Shown here: piece after piece, positions 20,553 to 31,154 of the stretch
Position numbering within the stretch: position 1 is the stretch's first letter
How the letters are laid out: the number at the start of each line of letters is the position of its first letter
Assembly: GCA_963737265.1 (NCBI GenBank)
Contig: CAVTRY010000016.1
Span: 64,001 to 128,000, forward strand
Direction: 5' to 3'
Length of the DNA stretch: 64,000 nucleotides
Source: an uncultured delta proteobacterium
GTDB lineage: Bacteria; Myxococcota_A; Polyangia; Fen-1088
The notes under the pieces: model-generated
The model's database searches: none
What the model saw: the letters and a program-made list of their open reading frames with translations, nothing else
What the model was told of the DNA's origin: nothing
Translations under genes and position numbers: made by a program

Positions 20553-20873
20553 CAGTGGTCGCGATCACATCTACTTCCTTCCGCGTCCGAGTCTTTGGGG
20601 ACCGGTCGGGCGACAATCTGCAGCGCAGGTGATCGTCGAGCCATTTCGCGAGCTCCGTCGGGACACCGTTGCCGACAGCACCGCATCAGTGGGCAGGGGT
20701 AGGCGGGAGGAACCGAGGGCATTCAATGGCGCCGTCGGTCCGCCGACGGTCGAACCACATGCGCGATGTCGCCACGCCGACGGCGGGCGATCCAAAGCTC
20801 GGAGGCGCGGGCGAATCCTCGCTGGCAGGAGGCTTGCTTTGTCCCTCGTCGTCACTTGGAAAGGGAGACGACG

Positions 20874-21665
20874 ATGGCGACAAAAAGCTGCGTGCTGATC
20901 ATGGGTCTCACTGGCGTCATGGCGATCGGCTGTGCCTCGATGCCCCTCCCGGGCGCCGAGGTGAGCCAGTTTGAGACCAGCGTCGCCACCGCCATGCACA
21001 TTGGCGTGTTCAAGGTTCGACCCGACAGCTATCACCGGGGCGCGTTCGGCATGCCCCAGGCCGAGGAGCACCTCTTGTTGGCCCTCGACCAGTTCGATCT
21101 CGCGAAGACCATGGCCTCCAAGGGCAACCCGAGGTCGCGTTTCCTGCTGGCGCGCGCGCAGTCGGACGTCGATCTGGCCCTCTGCCTCACGGACGAAGTG
21201 GCGGTTCGCTTGCAGGCGCTCGGTTTGAACACATTCCGACTCCAGTCACCGTTGGCGACCACTCTTTGTGAGGAGACCGGACTGAGGACTTACATCCGCA
21301 AGCCCAGCCCGAAGCCAGTGCCTCCCGTCGTCGCCGGTCCGACGAGCTCGCCTGCGACCCCGGTGCCCGGCATGTTGATGGAGGCACGCAGCTCTTTTGT
21401 CGCCTCGACCACCAGCCCGGCGGCTGGTCTGGCCACAAGTCATCTGGAAGAAGCAGGGGCGGCGCTGGAAAAGGCGAATCGGGAGTTCGCCGGAAGTGGC
21501 TACAGCGCCGCGTGCCAAGACTACTCCTACATCGCCGAGAACAAGGTGCAGCTGGCGGACATCGTGGCCCGCATCGAGTTGGAGCAAGAGATGCTCGGAG
21601 ACGTGAATCGACCGGTGCCTCCCCAGCATTTCCAAACCAATGAGCCCGTGGCCTTCGCGCGCTGA
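20874..21665 (+). CDS. Lipoprotein with two DUF4398-like helical domains
   Basis: Lipobox AIGC; HLLLALDQ..LLARAQSDVDLA and HLEEA..YSYIAENKVQLA segments separated by a Pro-rich linker. Confidence 0.6.
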   Translation: MATKSCVLIMGLTGVMAIGCASMPLPGAEVSQFETSVATAMHIGVFKVRPDSYHRGAFGMPQAEEHLLLALDQFDLAKTMASKGNPRSRFLLARAQSDVDLALCLTDEVAVRLQALGLNTFRLQSPLATTLCEETGLRTYIRKPSPKPVPPVVAGPTSSPATPVPGMLMEARSSFVASTTSPAAGLATSHLEEAGAALEKANREFAGSGYSAACQDYSYIAENKVQLADIVARIELEQEMLGDVNRPVPPQHFQTNEPVAFAR

Positions 21666-21901
21666 CGTTGGATTTCAGACGCACCTGACCAAACCCGCCC
21701 GACCGACGTAGGAGTTTCCGCGGGTCGGAGCCGACGTTGAAGGGAAAACCTTACGGGTCTACCGGGGAATCCTGCGTGGTCGTGGTGCGCGATAGCCGAT
21801 ACCTTGCTCGCGCGCCAAGGCGGTCACCTCGGTCATCGCGAGTTGCGCACAGGAATCGAGGAAAATTGAAGTCCCAAAGCCAGTCTCCTGTCGACCTCGC
21901 A

Positions 21902-22204
21902 ATGGACCTGCCGCCGGCGCGCGAACGCCCAGTGCCACTCTCGGTACGCATCGGAATAGCCAGGGAATTGCTGATTGCTCTGACAGAGGCGACCCGCTCG
22001 GGCCAGCGTCACCTCATGTGCCGCGTGTTGGACATCCTCCGAGGCGACATCCTTCAACCGACCGTCCGACTGACCCCACCGCAAGTTGCCGCGGTCATGG
22101 CGGCCGTGACGGAGCTCCAGCACGAAGCAGCGCGGGCCGCGCCTGACATCGCTCTGTTCTCCGCCCGCGCCAGGCTCGTCATCGACGTCCTCATGATCGC
22201 GTAG
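21902..22204 (+). CDS. Hypothetical protein
   Basis: About 100-aa ORF with protein-like composition; no motif. Confidence 0.4.
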   Translation: MDLPPARERPVPLSVRIGIARELLIALTEATRSGQRHLMCRVLDILRGDILQPTVRLTPPQVAAVMAAVTELQHEAARAAPDIALFSARARLVIDVLMIA

Positions 22205-22787
22205 GCGCGCGCGGGGGGCGGCGCCTACAGTGGGGCCCTCGGGGGGCGGCCGACCTGGCGGACGTGGATGAAGTGCACCAGCACGCTCACCCCCGCTCCA
22301 AACACGAGGGTGTGGATTGCAATCGTGCTCACGTGGAGCACGAAGAACGCCAGTATCCAGCCGAGAGCGAGAAAAGCGGCCAGTGCGATGAGCACCAGGG
22401 ATCCTCCGTAGGCCTGAGGTAATCACCGAACGCCTCTGCCGCAAGCGTCTTGGCGATCCTACGGCCCGAGGTGTGTTGCGGCCCCAGACGACGGCAAAGG
22501 CCGTTGCGAAAATACGGATCATCCCTAGGTTGGGGCATGAGCACACCTCGGGAGACGAGCTGGGGCCTGAAGATTGCCGAAATGGGCAACGGCAGGCGAG
22601 CGGGAATCATCGGGACGGCCGCGGTCGGACTCGTAGCTCTGGTGGGGCTCATGGTCGTCGGATTCCGCGGCAGGCACATCGGGCGAAATGCCGCTGCGCT
22701 GACGACGCCCCTCGTGGGGCACATCGAGTCCGAAGTGCCGCGCCCTGCAGCCGCCCGACCTCCCCTCTAGCCAAAGGTCCCACCTCG

Positions 22788-23222
22788 ATGAGAATAACCA
22801 GGGTGAAGGACGTCATGACAGACGTCGTCGAGACGTTGCAGGTCGGGGACACGCTCGCTCTTGCGCGGCGCCAGATCGAGCGCGGACGAATTCATCACTT
22901 GCCCGTCGTCGACGCCGACGAGCATGTCATCGGCCTCCTCACCTACCACCGGATCTTGGAGGCGTGGATCGGTCAAGGCCAGCCGGACACGAAGCCCGTC
23001 GGTCAGGTCGCTGGAGACATTTTCATCGAGACGGTCATGGAGAAGGATGTCCTCACGGTGGACGCGGAGACCAGCGCGGCGGAAGCGGCAGGGTTACTCA
23101 ACACCAACAAGTTCGGCAGTCTTCCGGTGACAAGAAACGAAAAACTCGTTGGCATCGTCACGGCGGGAGACTTCATGCGCGTCGCGCTTCGATATTTGGA
23201 CAGAGAGCTGCACGAGCCGTGA
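22788..23222 (+). CDS. Tandem CBS-domain protein
   Basis: VKDVMT, IHHLPVVD..VIGLLT, GSLPVT..LVGIVT. Confidence 0.9.
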   Translation: MRITRVKDVMTDVVETLQVGDTLALARRQIERGRIHHLPVVDADEHVIGLLTYHRILEAWIGQGQPDTKPVGQVAGDIFIETVMEKDVLTVDAETSAAEAAGLLNTNKFGSLPVTRNEKLVGIVTAGDFMRVALRYLDRELHEP

Positions 23223-23266
23223 GACTCCGAAAAACTCCCCGGCAGGTCAGCAAGCGGGCCCGCGCG

Positions 23267-23536
23267 TCATAGCCTCCGCGGGGTGCCGCGCCTGATCAGC
23301 CTGAGCACCAGCAGGAGGACGACCGCACCCACGAAGGCGACGAAGATGGTCGCGACCACGCCGTGAAACGGTGTCCCGATGTGTGCCGTGCGGAAAATCA
23401 GCCCGCCGAGGAACGAGCCGACGATGCCGATGACGATGTCGCCGGCCACCCCCAGCCCGCCGCCCACGACCGCCGATGCCAGCCAGCCGGCGATGAGGCC
23501 GACGACCAACCAGATCATAAAGGTTTCTCCGCTCAT
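23267..23536 (-). CDS. GlsB/YeaQ/YmgE (transglycosylase-associated) membrane protein
   Basis: WLVVGLIAGWLA..GDIVIGIVGSFLGG..AFVGAVVLL. Confidence 0.92.
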   Translation of the reverse strand: MSGETFMIWLVVGLIAGWLASAVVGGGLGVAGDIVIGIVGSFLGGLIFRTAHIGTPFHGVVATIFVAFVGAVVLLLVLRLIRRGTPRRL

Positions 23537-23665
23537 GATTTTCCTCCGAGCACCTAGCGTGGGTACGAATTGTCGCCGAGCAAAGCCCTCGTCGCACAAG
23601 TGGATGCGCTCGGCCTCACTTTGTCGAACGAACGCGGGCTCTTAGGCGGCTTGAGCCTTTGTGCT

Positions 23666-24541
23666 TTATTTGGCAATGACCGCTGATGCCCTGGCGAAGG
23701 CGAGGAGGCGCTCCCCCAGCCGGGCTGGGTCGTCGAGGTGCGGGGAGTGACCGAACCCCGCCGGCTCCTCGACGATCGCGTGCTGGGGCAGATGGCGTCG
23801 GAAGTAGGCGAGCGCGCTCGGCGGGAGAAGGCGTTCCGACTGGCCCCACAAGAGGAGAATCGGCATCTGCAGTGCGCTCAGGCTGTCGGGCATGGGCAGG
23901 TTGTCGAGCGTCGCAGAGTCCACGACGTCGCGGACGGCAGCGCCCTTCATGATGTCCTGCAGTCCAGGTGCGAGCGCTGCCAGGTACCAAGGGGCACGGT
24001 GGTAGAGGCGACCCAGCAGGCGCCGGGCGTCGGCGGCAGAATCGATTCTGAACGCGTCGAGGAGCTCGTCCCATTCGCTCGGCGAGGTCCGGGCCCCGGC
24101 GGGGGAGATGAGGGCGAGCGCCACCAGCCGCCCGGGACGTTCCACCGCGTACCGGAGGGCGAGGGCGCCACCGAGGGAGCTCCCCACCAGGATCATCGGC
24201 TCGGAGACCAGACTGTCGAGCAGCTCCGACACGGCACCAAACAACCGCTCGGGGGTCAGCCGGCCGGAGGGAGTCTCGCTGAACCCGTGCCCCGGCAGAT
24301 CAGGCGCGACCAAGCGACCCGCCTCGGGAAGCATGCGGATGAGAAGCGGTCCGAAAGCCGAGGCCGTCGAGCCGAGCCCGTGCAACAGGACGACCGTCGG
24401 TAGCGCGGCCGGTCCCCGCGCTTCGTACACCTGGAGCGCACCGGCTTCGGTCGGTGCCGTGAGGCTCCTGAAGCCGCGGCGGTTCAGCACGAAGCGGGCT
24501 CCGTGCTGGACCAGCGAAAATAGACTCAGTTTCCTACCCAT
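23666..24541 (-). CDS. Alpha/beta hydrolase (lipase/esterase-like)
   Basis: LLHGLG, DLPGHG, GSSLGG nucleophile elbow, GHSPH. Confidence 0.9.
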   Translation of the reverse strand: MGRKLSLFSLVQHGARFVLNRRGFRSLTAPTEAGALQVYEARGPAALPTVVLLHGLGSTASAFGPLLIRMLPEAGRLVAPDLPGHGFSETPSGRLTPERLFGAVSELLDSLVSEPMILVGSSLGGALALRYAVERPGRLVALALISPAGARTSPSEWDELLDAFRIDSAADARRLLGRLYHRAPWYLAALAPGLQDIMKGAAVRDVVDSATLDNLPMPDSLSALQMPILLLWGQSERLLPPSALAYFRRHLPQHAIVEEPAGFGHSPHLDDPARLGERLLAFARASAVIAK

Positions 24542-24548
24542 GGCTTGC

Positions 24549-25967
24549 CTATCCGCGACGAAGCTCGTCGATTGCGACTTGGAACGCCACCACGAGCTCT
24601 TCGGGGCAGTCGATCACCGCGCTGTCTGTCAGGACGCCCAGGCGGATCGCTCCTGCGTATCCAAAGAGAGTGATGCTGAGGCCGATGGTGGCCGCCGCCG
24701 GCGCCCAGATGACGACGGCGCCGAGCGGCTGCCCGGCGATGGACAACGGCATCTTCGGACCGGCCAAGCTGCTGACGACGAGACTCGCCCGGCGCGCCCC
24801 CCAGCGCATCGCCCGACGTTCGATGCCCGGGGCCACGCTGCCGGCCACCCTCATGAGACTGCTGGCGATCCCCGACTGCCCACTCGACCGCAGGACCGCC
24901 ATGTCGCGCGCGATGGTCGCGAGCCGCGCCTGTGGATCGTCGGCGGCGGCGGGGAGAGATACGAACACGGAAGCGTAGTGGTTCCCCAGCTCGGTGGCGG
25001 ATGCTGTCGAAGGCGCCGCCACCGGCAAGAGCGCGTGGACCGATCGCGGGACCTCCCCATGCTCCCGCGCGTAACGATCGAGGGCTCCGGCCACGCCCGC
25101 CAGCAGCACGTCGACCAGGTGATACCCCCCGGCTGCCGCGATCGCCTTGAGGGCGTCGAGCGGGATCGCGTCCGACCAAGCGACGCATTTGCGGCCATCG
25201 AGAGGACGGCGCAGCAAGCTGACCGGATCGCCTGACAGCGTGAAGAGCCGAAGCAGGCCGGCGAGCTGTCCAAAGAAGCGATGAGCTCGCTTCGGTTCGG
25301 AGGAGTTTCGGATCGGCGAGGGTTCTTGTTTCACCCCGGAGCCTTCGGCCGAGCTTTCGTCCGAGCCTTCGGCCGAGCCTTTGTCCGAGCCTTTGTCCGA
25401 GCCTTCGTCCGAGCCTTCGTCCGAGCCTTTGTCGGCCAGCTGCTCGAGAAGGGCGACCAGCGCCCGCCCGTCGGCGATGCAGTGGTGGATTCTCACCAGG
25501 AGCGCCGAGCCGCGCGGAAGGAGATCGACCACCTCGAAGGTCCAGGGGGATTCCTCGGGCGGCAGCGGCGCATTGAGCCGCTCGGTGACCAGACCGATCA
25601 AGGTCTTTGCGTCGACGGGCCCCGATGGATTCAGCCGGCGGACGTGCTCGTGGAGGTCGAAGGCAGCGTCGTCGAGCCAGCGGGGCGCGCCAAACCGATG
25701 CGTGGACTCCACCACGTGCTGACGGAAGCGCCGATGCGGGATCAGCTTGTCCCGAACCATCGCCTCCAGCGCCTCGAGAGTCAGCTGCCGATCGAAGAGC
25801 AGCAGCGCGCCGATGACCATGGAGTTCGTCGGCGTACCCATGTGCCAGCGCGCGGCGTCCGCACGCGACAGCTGCTCGGTTGCTGAGGCGCTTCGACCGT
25901 TAATCGTCTGACTTCTTCCCGCCTTCCGTGGACCGCGATCCGAGCGGCAGCTCCAGCGAAAAGACAC
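24549..25967 (-). CDS. Wax ester synthase/diacylglycerol acyltransferase (WS/DGAT)
   Basis: LSRADAAR, FDLHEHV, catalytic HHCIADG, LGNH. True start is probably downstream of 25967. Confidence 0.88.
   Translation of the reverse strand: MSFRWSCRSDRGPRKAGRSQTINGRSASATEQLSRADAARWHMGTPTNSMVIGALLLFDRQLTLEALEAMVRDKLIPHRRFRQHVVESTHRFGAPRWLDDAAFDLHEHVRRLNPSGPVDAKTLIGLVTERLNAPLPPEESPWTFEVVDLLPRGSALLVRIHHCIADGRALVALLEQLADKGSDEGSDEGSDKGSDKGSAEGSDESSAEGSGVKQEPSPIRNSSEPKRAHRFFGQLAGLLRLFTLSGDPVSLLRRPLDGRKCVAWSDAIPLDALKAIAAAGGYHLVDVLLAGVAGALDRYAREHGEVPRSVHALLPVAAPSTASATELGNHYASVFVSLPAAADDPQARLATIARDMAVLRSSGQSGIASSLMRVAGSVAPGIERRAMRWGARRASLVVSSLAGPKMPLSIAGQPLGAVVIWAPAAATIGLSITLFGYAGAIRLGVLTDSAVIDCPEELVVAFQVAIDELRRG
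25339..25434. repeat. In-frame 12-bp tandem repeat x8 inside WS/DGAT
   Basis: GAGCCTTYGKCC-type units encoding GSDE/GSDK/GSAE on the minus strand. Confidence 0.9.
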
Positions 25968-26237
25968 AACCCGCCTACGGTAAGCACTGATTCCATCGAA
26001 CGGTTCGCTCCGAGACAGGATTGAAGCCGCTCGTGACCCCGGGCGTCAGTGTCGCCGGTAGGTCAAAGACCAAGGCAGGTCAAAGAAGTTGGGCAGGCCT
26101 GCCGATCGTGACTACGTTCGAGCGCATTCGGGGGCGGACCGTCTCGGTTGGGCCGGCTGCACTCGGGCGGCCATGCGTGATGCCGCCCTGCGAGATGCAT
26201 CGGCGCGCGTGACCGCACGAGGCGAAGGGTTGGCGGT

Positions 26238-27755
26238 ATGGAGACGGTGGAAACGGAACAACGACTGGCGGGCGAAAGGGGAAATCTCGAGCGACTGGTC
26301 GGCGAGGTCGGACGGGGCGGCCGTGCCCTCGTTGGCGAGGCCACCCGTGCTCTGGTCAGGCGCTTCGGTGATCGGGGGTCGTTCGTTCTGGTCGACGACC
26401 GCGCCCGCGTCGTGCTGTCGACGGACGCGCCCAGCCTGAGTGACCTGCGCATCGATCTCGCTCGTTATCCGGAGATCACCGCGTCCCTCGAGAGCCACGA
26501 GATCGTGTGCATCGAGGATGTGCGACGATCGACCACGCTGGAGCCGGTCGCGAATCTCCTGCCGAATCACCTGGGCGCTGTGGTGGTGATTCCGCTGGTG
26601 GCCGGGCCACGCTGTCTGGGCGTCATCGTGGTTCGGTCGGAGCGGCCGCGCGAAGTCCTTCAGACTGACGTTGTGGCGGCGCGTTTCGAGGGTCGACTGC
26701 TGGCGACTTTGCTCGAGCTCCAATTCGGAAACGACCTCAGCAACGAGCTAAAGCTGGTGCCCGGGGCGCCAGTGGGCCTCGTCCCGCTGGCCACCCGGCC
26801 TGCGCCGCTGCCGATCGGCAAAAGGCGGCGAATTGTCGTGGCCGAGGACGACCTCGACCAGGGAGCAACGATCGAAGACCTTCTGATCGCCGAAGGCTTC
26901 GATGTGGTGCTGACCCAGAACGGCGAGGAGCTCCTGCAGGAGGTTCAGCGCGCCCCACCTGATCTCATCCTGCTCGACGGACACATGCCGGTTCTCAACG
27001 GCTTCCACGCCGCCGAAAGCCTTCACGCCGATCCCCGAACCTCCAGTGTTCCCATCCTCTTCCTCTCGGCGGCCGAAGACCTGCTGTTCCGCCTCCGGGA
27101 GCTGAAACCCGACACGATCGATTTCTTGCGGAAGCCGTACGCTCCCGCAGAGCTGCTGGAGCGTATCGAACGAGCCCTGAACCGGGGGCTGGTGTACGAA
27201 GAGCTGCGCGCGGAGGCGGAAGTCGATGCCCTGACGGGGCTCAGCAACGCGCGCGCGCTGCTCAGAAGCCTGACCGTCGAGCAGTCCCGCATCTCGAGGT
27301 ACGGTGCCACGTCAGTCGTCGTCATGATGGACGTCGACAAGCTCAAGACCATCAATGATCGCCATGGGCACGTCGTGGGGAGCCGGATCCTCCAGGCCAT
27401 CGGAGCGCTGCTGCGCGGGATGATTCGCGAGACTGATCTCGCGGCCCGCTATGGGGGCGACGAATTCGTGGTCATCCTCGCGCACTCGAGCACCGCTGAA
27501 GGGTGCGCGTTCGCCGAGCGCTTCCTCGGCCAGATCCGTCAGCTCTGGCCGGAGGGGATCGATGTCTCCATGAGCATCGGGATCGCTTCCCTGGGGGGAT
27601 CGGACGATCAATCGAGCGACGTGCTCCTCGCCAACGCGGACGCGGCGGCCTATCGGGCCAAACGACTGGGTGGGAACCGCGCCTGCGTCTTCGACAGCGA
27701 GCTCGACGTGATGATGCCGCTCGGCCGCCAGCAGGGTGCGGAAGGTGCCGCTTGA
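26238..27755 (+). CDS. GAF-REC-GGDEF dinucleotide cyclase with Hypr-type Ser
   Basis: DALTGL, DVDKLKTINDRHGHVVGS, RETD I-site, RYGGDEF. Confidence 0.9.
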   Translation: METVETEQRLAGERGNLERLVGEVGRGGRALVGEATRALVRRFGDRGSFVLVDDRARVVLSTDAPSLSDLRIDLARYPEITASLESHEIVCIEDVRRSTTLEPVANLLPNHLGAVVVIPLVAGPRCLGVIVVRSERPREVLQTDVVAARFEGRLLATLLELQFGNDLSNELKLVPGAPVGLVPLATRPAPLPIGKRRRIVVAEDDLDQGATIEDLLIAEGFDVVLTQNGEELLQEVQRAPPDLILLDGHMPVLNGFHAAESLHADPRTSSVPILFLSAAEDLLFRLRELKPDTIDFLRKPYAPAELLERIERALNRGLVYEELRAEAEVDALTGLSNARALLRSLTVEQSRISRYGATSVVVMMDVDKLKTINDRHGHVVGSRILQAIGALLRGMIRETDLAARYGGDEFVVILAHSSTAEGCAFAERFLGQIRQLWPEGIDVSMSIGIASLGGSDDQSSDVLLANADAAAYRAKRLGGNRACVFDSELDVMMPLGRQQGAEGAA

Positions 27756-27826
27756 TGCACGGAGGCCGACAGCACTGAGGACAATCGGCGCACGCGGGGC
27801 GAGATTCCGCTTAGATTCGGAGCGGC

Positions 27827-29354
27827 GTGAACGATCCAGAGGTGGTGGTGATTGGCTCTGGGCCAAACGGTCTCTGTGCCGCCAACAGCATGGCCCGCCG
27901 GGGCTTTCGGGTGCTGGTGCTCGAAGCGAACCCGCGCCGGGCCGGCGGCGCGCTCGGAACCGAGGAGCTGACGCTGCCCGGGTTCCGGCACGATGTCGGG
28001 GCGGGATTCTTTCCGTTCGCCGCCAGCAGCCCGGCCTTCATCGAGCTGGATCTGCCGGGTGTCGGCGTCGACTGGCGCCGCGCCACCTACGAGAGCTGCC
28101 ATCCCGCGCTCGACGGCAGCGTGGCTGTCATTGGCCGCGCCGACGCGACCGGGACGGCGCCGTTCGGCAGTCCGCGCGACGCCCGGGCGTTCGCGGATTC
28201 TGGCGCGCTTTCACGCCGGCATCGAACGCGAGCTGCTGGCGGTGCTCCTGGGCCCGTTTCCGTCGCTCCGGCCCCTGCTGCGCCTGGGCCTCGGCAACTT
28301 GTTGAAGGTCGCGCGCCTGCTCGCTGGCAGCCCGCGCCGGCTGGCGTGTCGCCTGTTCGAGAGCGAGGCGGCGCGGCGCGTGTTGCCCGGCCTTGGGATG
28401 CACGTCGACGTCGGGCCCGACGACACGCTGGGCGCGGCACTCGGCTACGTGCTCGCCCTGACCGCGACCACCGGGGGCTTCGCCGTCCCCGCCGGAGGCG
28501 CGCAGCGGGTGGTCGAGGCGATGACGGCGCGACTCGCCGAGCGCGGCGGTACGGTGCGCCTCGGCGCGCGCGTGGCCCGGATCATCGTTCGCGGCAGGCG
28601 CGCGTGCGCTGTCCAGCTCGACGACGGCACCGAGATCGCGGCGCCGCGGGCGATCCTGGCGGACACCTCGGCGGCGGCGCTGCTGCTGTCCATGCTGGAC
28701 CCGCGCGACGTGCCGTCATGGGTGCGCGCGTTCATGTCCCGGTTTCCGCAGGGGTGGGGCACCTTCAAGGTCGACTGGGCGCTCTCGGGTGCGGTTCCCT
28801 GGCAGGTCGAGGCCGCCAGCGGCAGCGCGGTGGTGCATGCGGGCGAGAGCCTCGACGATCTGGCGCGGTTCACCCGCGAAGTCCGGGCGGGCCGTCTCCC
28901 GGAGCGGCCCTATCTGGTGATCGGTCAGCAAGCGCTCGCGGATCCGAGCCGCGCGCCGCCGGGGAAACAGACACTCTACACGTATACGCACGTGCCCTCG
29001 GTCGTCGAGGAGGGCTGGGCCAACGCGCGCGAGCGGTTCGCCGACGCAATCGAGCGGCGCATCGAGGAGCTGGCGCCGGGATTTCGCGCCCGGATTCTGG
29101 GACGGCATCTGACGGCACCACCGGAGCTCGAAGCCGGCAACGCCAACCTGGTGGGTGGGGACCTCGGCGGCGGTTCGAATGCCTGGCACAGGCAGCTGCT
29201 GTTTCGACCGCTGTTTCCTTACTTTCGCTACCGCATGCCGGTCGCGGGCCTCTACCTCTGCTCGAGCTATGCGCACCCGGGCGCAGGCGTTCACGGGATG
29301 TGTGGCGCCAACGCGGCGGACATCGCGGCGCGCGATGCGGAACGCCGCCGCTAG
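27827..29354 (+). pseudogene. Phytoene-dehydrogenase-like FAD oxidoreductase with a single frameshift near 28199 (real or sequencing error)
   Basis: VIGSGPNGL N-terminus in one frame; NLVGGDLGGG, YLCSS and PGAGVHGMCG in another; one extra base in GCGGATTCTG. Confidence 0.8.
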
Positions 29355-29417
29355 GCTGCACCGCGGCCTGAACCGGCGATGACCGCCGCCGAGCGCAGCT
29401 GGCGGAGATCGATCGGG

Positions 29418-31154
29418 CTAGGAAGAGGCCGTGGCCGAGCGGTCGGCGAGGCCCTCCGGATGTTCCGTCACGCTGGGCTCGCTCGCTTGGAACGGGCGCG
29501 AGTCTGAAGGCAGGTCGATGATGAAGGTCGTGCCCGCTTCTTCGCTGCTCTCGCCGATGCTGACCCGGCCGCCGTGCGCCTCGGCGCACGCCCGAACCAA
29601 CGCCAGCCCCAGCCCCCATCCTGTTCCGGACCCTTCTCGAAGCCTCGAATAGAGGTCGAAGAGGCGACCCCACTTTTCGGGCGGGATTGGGTCCCCGTAG
29701 TTGTGAACGGACGCTCGGACGCCGTCCGGGGTTCGCTCGATCCGGGTGGTGATGGGGCGGTCCGACGCGCCATACTTCACCGCGTTCGTGCCGAGATTCC
29801 ACAACGCCCGGTGGAGCTCCTGGCGGCTCCAGATCCCGACAGCCTCGTCGCTCTTTGCCAGCTGGAACCGGTCGCCGTGGGTGGCGGAGAGCTCTTCGAT
29901 GACCTCCTGCGCGACGGCGCCCAGATCGCAGCGGTCGAGCCGGAGTGGGAGGCGCTGTCCCCCGCGGACGCGGCTGACGTCGAGGAGATCGTGGATCATC
30001 CGATCCATGCGATCCAGGCTGCGCTCGATCCGGCCGGCGAGGCTTCGTTTCTCATCGAGCGGATCCGCCCGGCGGATCAGCAGCGCGGAGCTCATCTTGG
30101 CGGTGGAGAGAGGGCCGCGAAGATCGTGCGCCAAGATGGATACGAATCGCTCCCGCAGCTCGCGCTCGATTCCGAGCTCCTCGACCTGCTGCCGAAGATC
30201 GGTATAGAGCTTGGCGTTGTCGAGGTGAAGGGTCAGCCGGTCGCCCAGCGCCTGCAGTCGCCTCAACTCCCGCGTGGTCAAGGAGCGATCGTCGTGGAGC
30301 CCGATGTACAGAACGCCGAACAACGTGTGATGCGGCGGAAGCCGGATGGCTTGCAGCGATTGGATGCCGTGTTGCCGAAGCGAGTCGGTCAGCGTCAGCT
30401 TGATCGCCTCGGCCTCCGCGTCGTTCGTCCGCTCTGCCCACAGCTCCATCGAGGTCGCGAGCCGCTCGACTTCTTCGCTGGCGACCCCCGCGGAGGCCGC
30501 GGCGATGAGACGCTCCGTCTGCGGCTCGTACAAGACGAGGGCGGCACTCCGCGCGCCCATGGCCTCCAGGATCAATACCAGCAATTCCTCGAGACGCGCT
30601 TTGATGGGCGCTTCGGGTGCGCGGAGCGCCTCGTCGGCGACGGTCTGAAGCAGGCGCATGTATCGCTTCTCGTGATCACTCTCGGCCAGATCGACCGTGC
30701 GCGAACCCACTTGGCTCTCCAATGCCTGGCTGTATTTGTCGAGATAGTCGCCGTACGCCTTGAGCCGCAACAGGTTCCTGACCCGCATAGACAGCTCGGC
30801 GCGATTCACCGGTTTGGTCAGAAAGTCCTCGGCGCCTGCTGCCAGCCCGTGCATCATGGCGTCGCGATCGTGGAGCGCGGTCACCATGATGATCGGGATC
30901 TGCTTGGTGGCGGGGTTGCCTTTGATCTTTTCCGCCACCTGGTAGCCGTCCATACCGGGCATCATGACGTCGAGCAGGATGAGGTCTGGCGGTTGCAGGG
31001 CCACCATGCCGATGGCCTCCTCGCCGCTCGCGGCCATGAGGAGGACAAAGCCCTCCGGCCCGAGCATGACCTCCAGCAGCTCTCTGTTGTGCCGCTCGTC
31101 GTCGACGATCAGGATGCACGCTGGGCGGTCGGCGATGTCGGCCATCGGGTTCAT
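29418..31154 (-). CDS. REC-GAF-histidine kinase
   Basis: Receiver, LAHDLRGPL, NAVKY, GWGLGL. Confidence 0.92.
   Translation of the reverse strand: MNPMADIADRPACILIVDDERHNRELLEVMLGPEGFVLLMAASGEEAIGMVALQPPDLILLDVMMPGMDGYQVAEKIKGNPATKQIPIIMVTALHDRDAMMHGLAAGAEDFLTKPVNRAELSMRVRNLLRLKAYGDYLDKYSQALESQVGSRTVDLAESDHEKRYMRLLQTVADEALRAPEAPIKARLEELLVLILEAMGARSAALVLYEPQTERLIAAASAGVASEEVERLATSMELWAERTNDAEAEAIKLTLTDSLRQHGIQSLQAIRLPPHHTLFGVLYIGLHDDRSLTTRELRRLQALGDRLTLHLDNAKLYTDLRQQVEELGIERELRERFVSILAHDLRGPLSTAKMSSALLIRRADPLDEKRSLAGRIERSLDRMDRMIHDLLDVSRVRGGQRLPLRLDRCDLGAVAQEVIEELSATHGDRFQLAKSDEAVGIWSRQELHRALWNLGTNAVKYGASDRPITTRIERTPDGVRASVHNYGDPIPPEKWGRLFDLYSRLREGSGTGWGLGLALVRACAEAHGGRVSIGESSEEAGTTFIIDLPSDSRPFQASEPSVTEHPEGLADRSATASS

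Noticed and set aside
340-20642. 15-bp match GGTGATCGTCGAGCC at about 340 and 20628 as att sites of a 20-kb island
   Set aside because: Chance 15-mer matches are expected in 64 kb of high-GC DNA; no integrase or tRNA is nearby.
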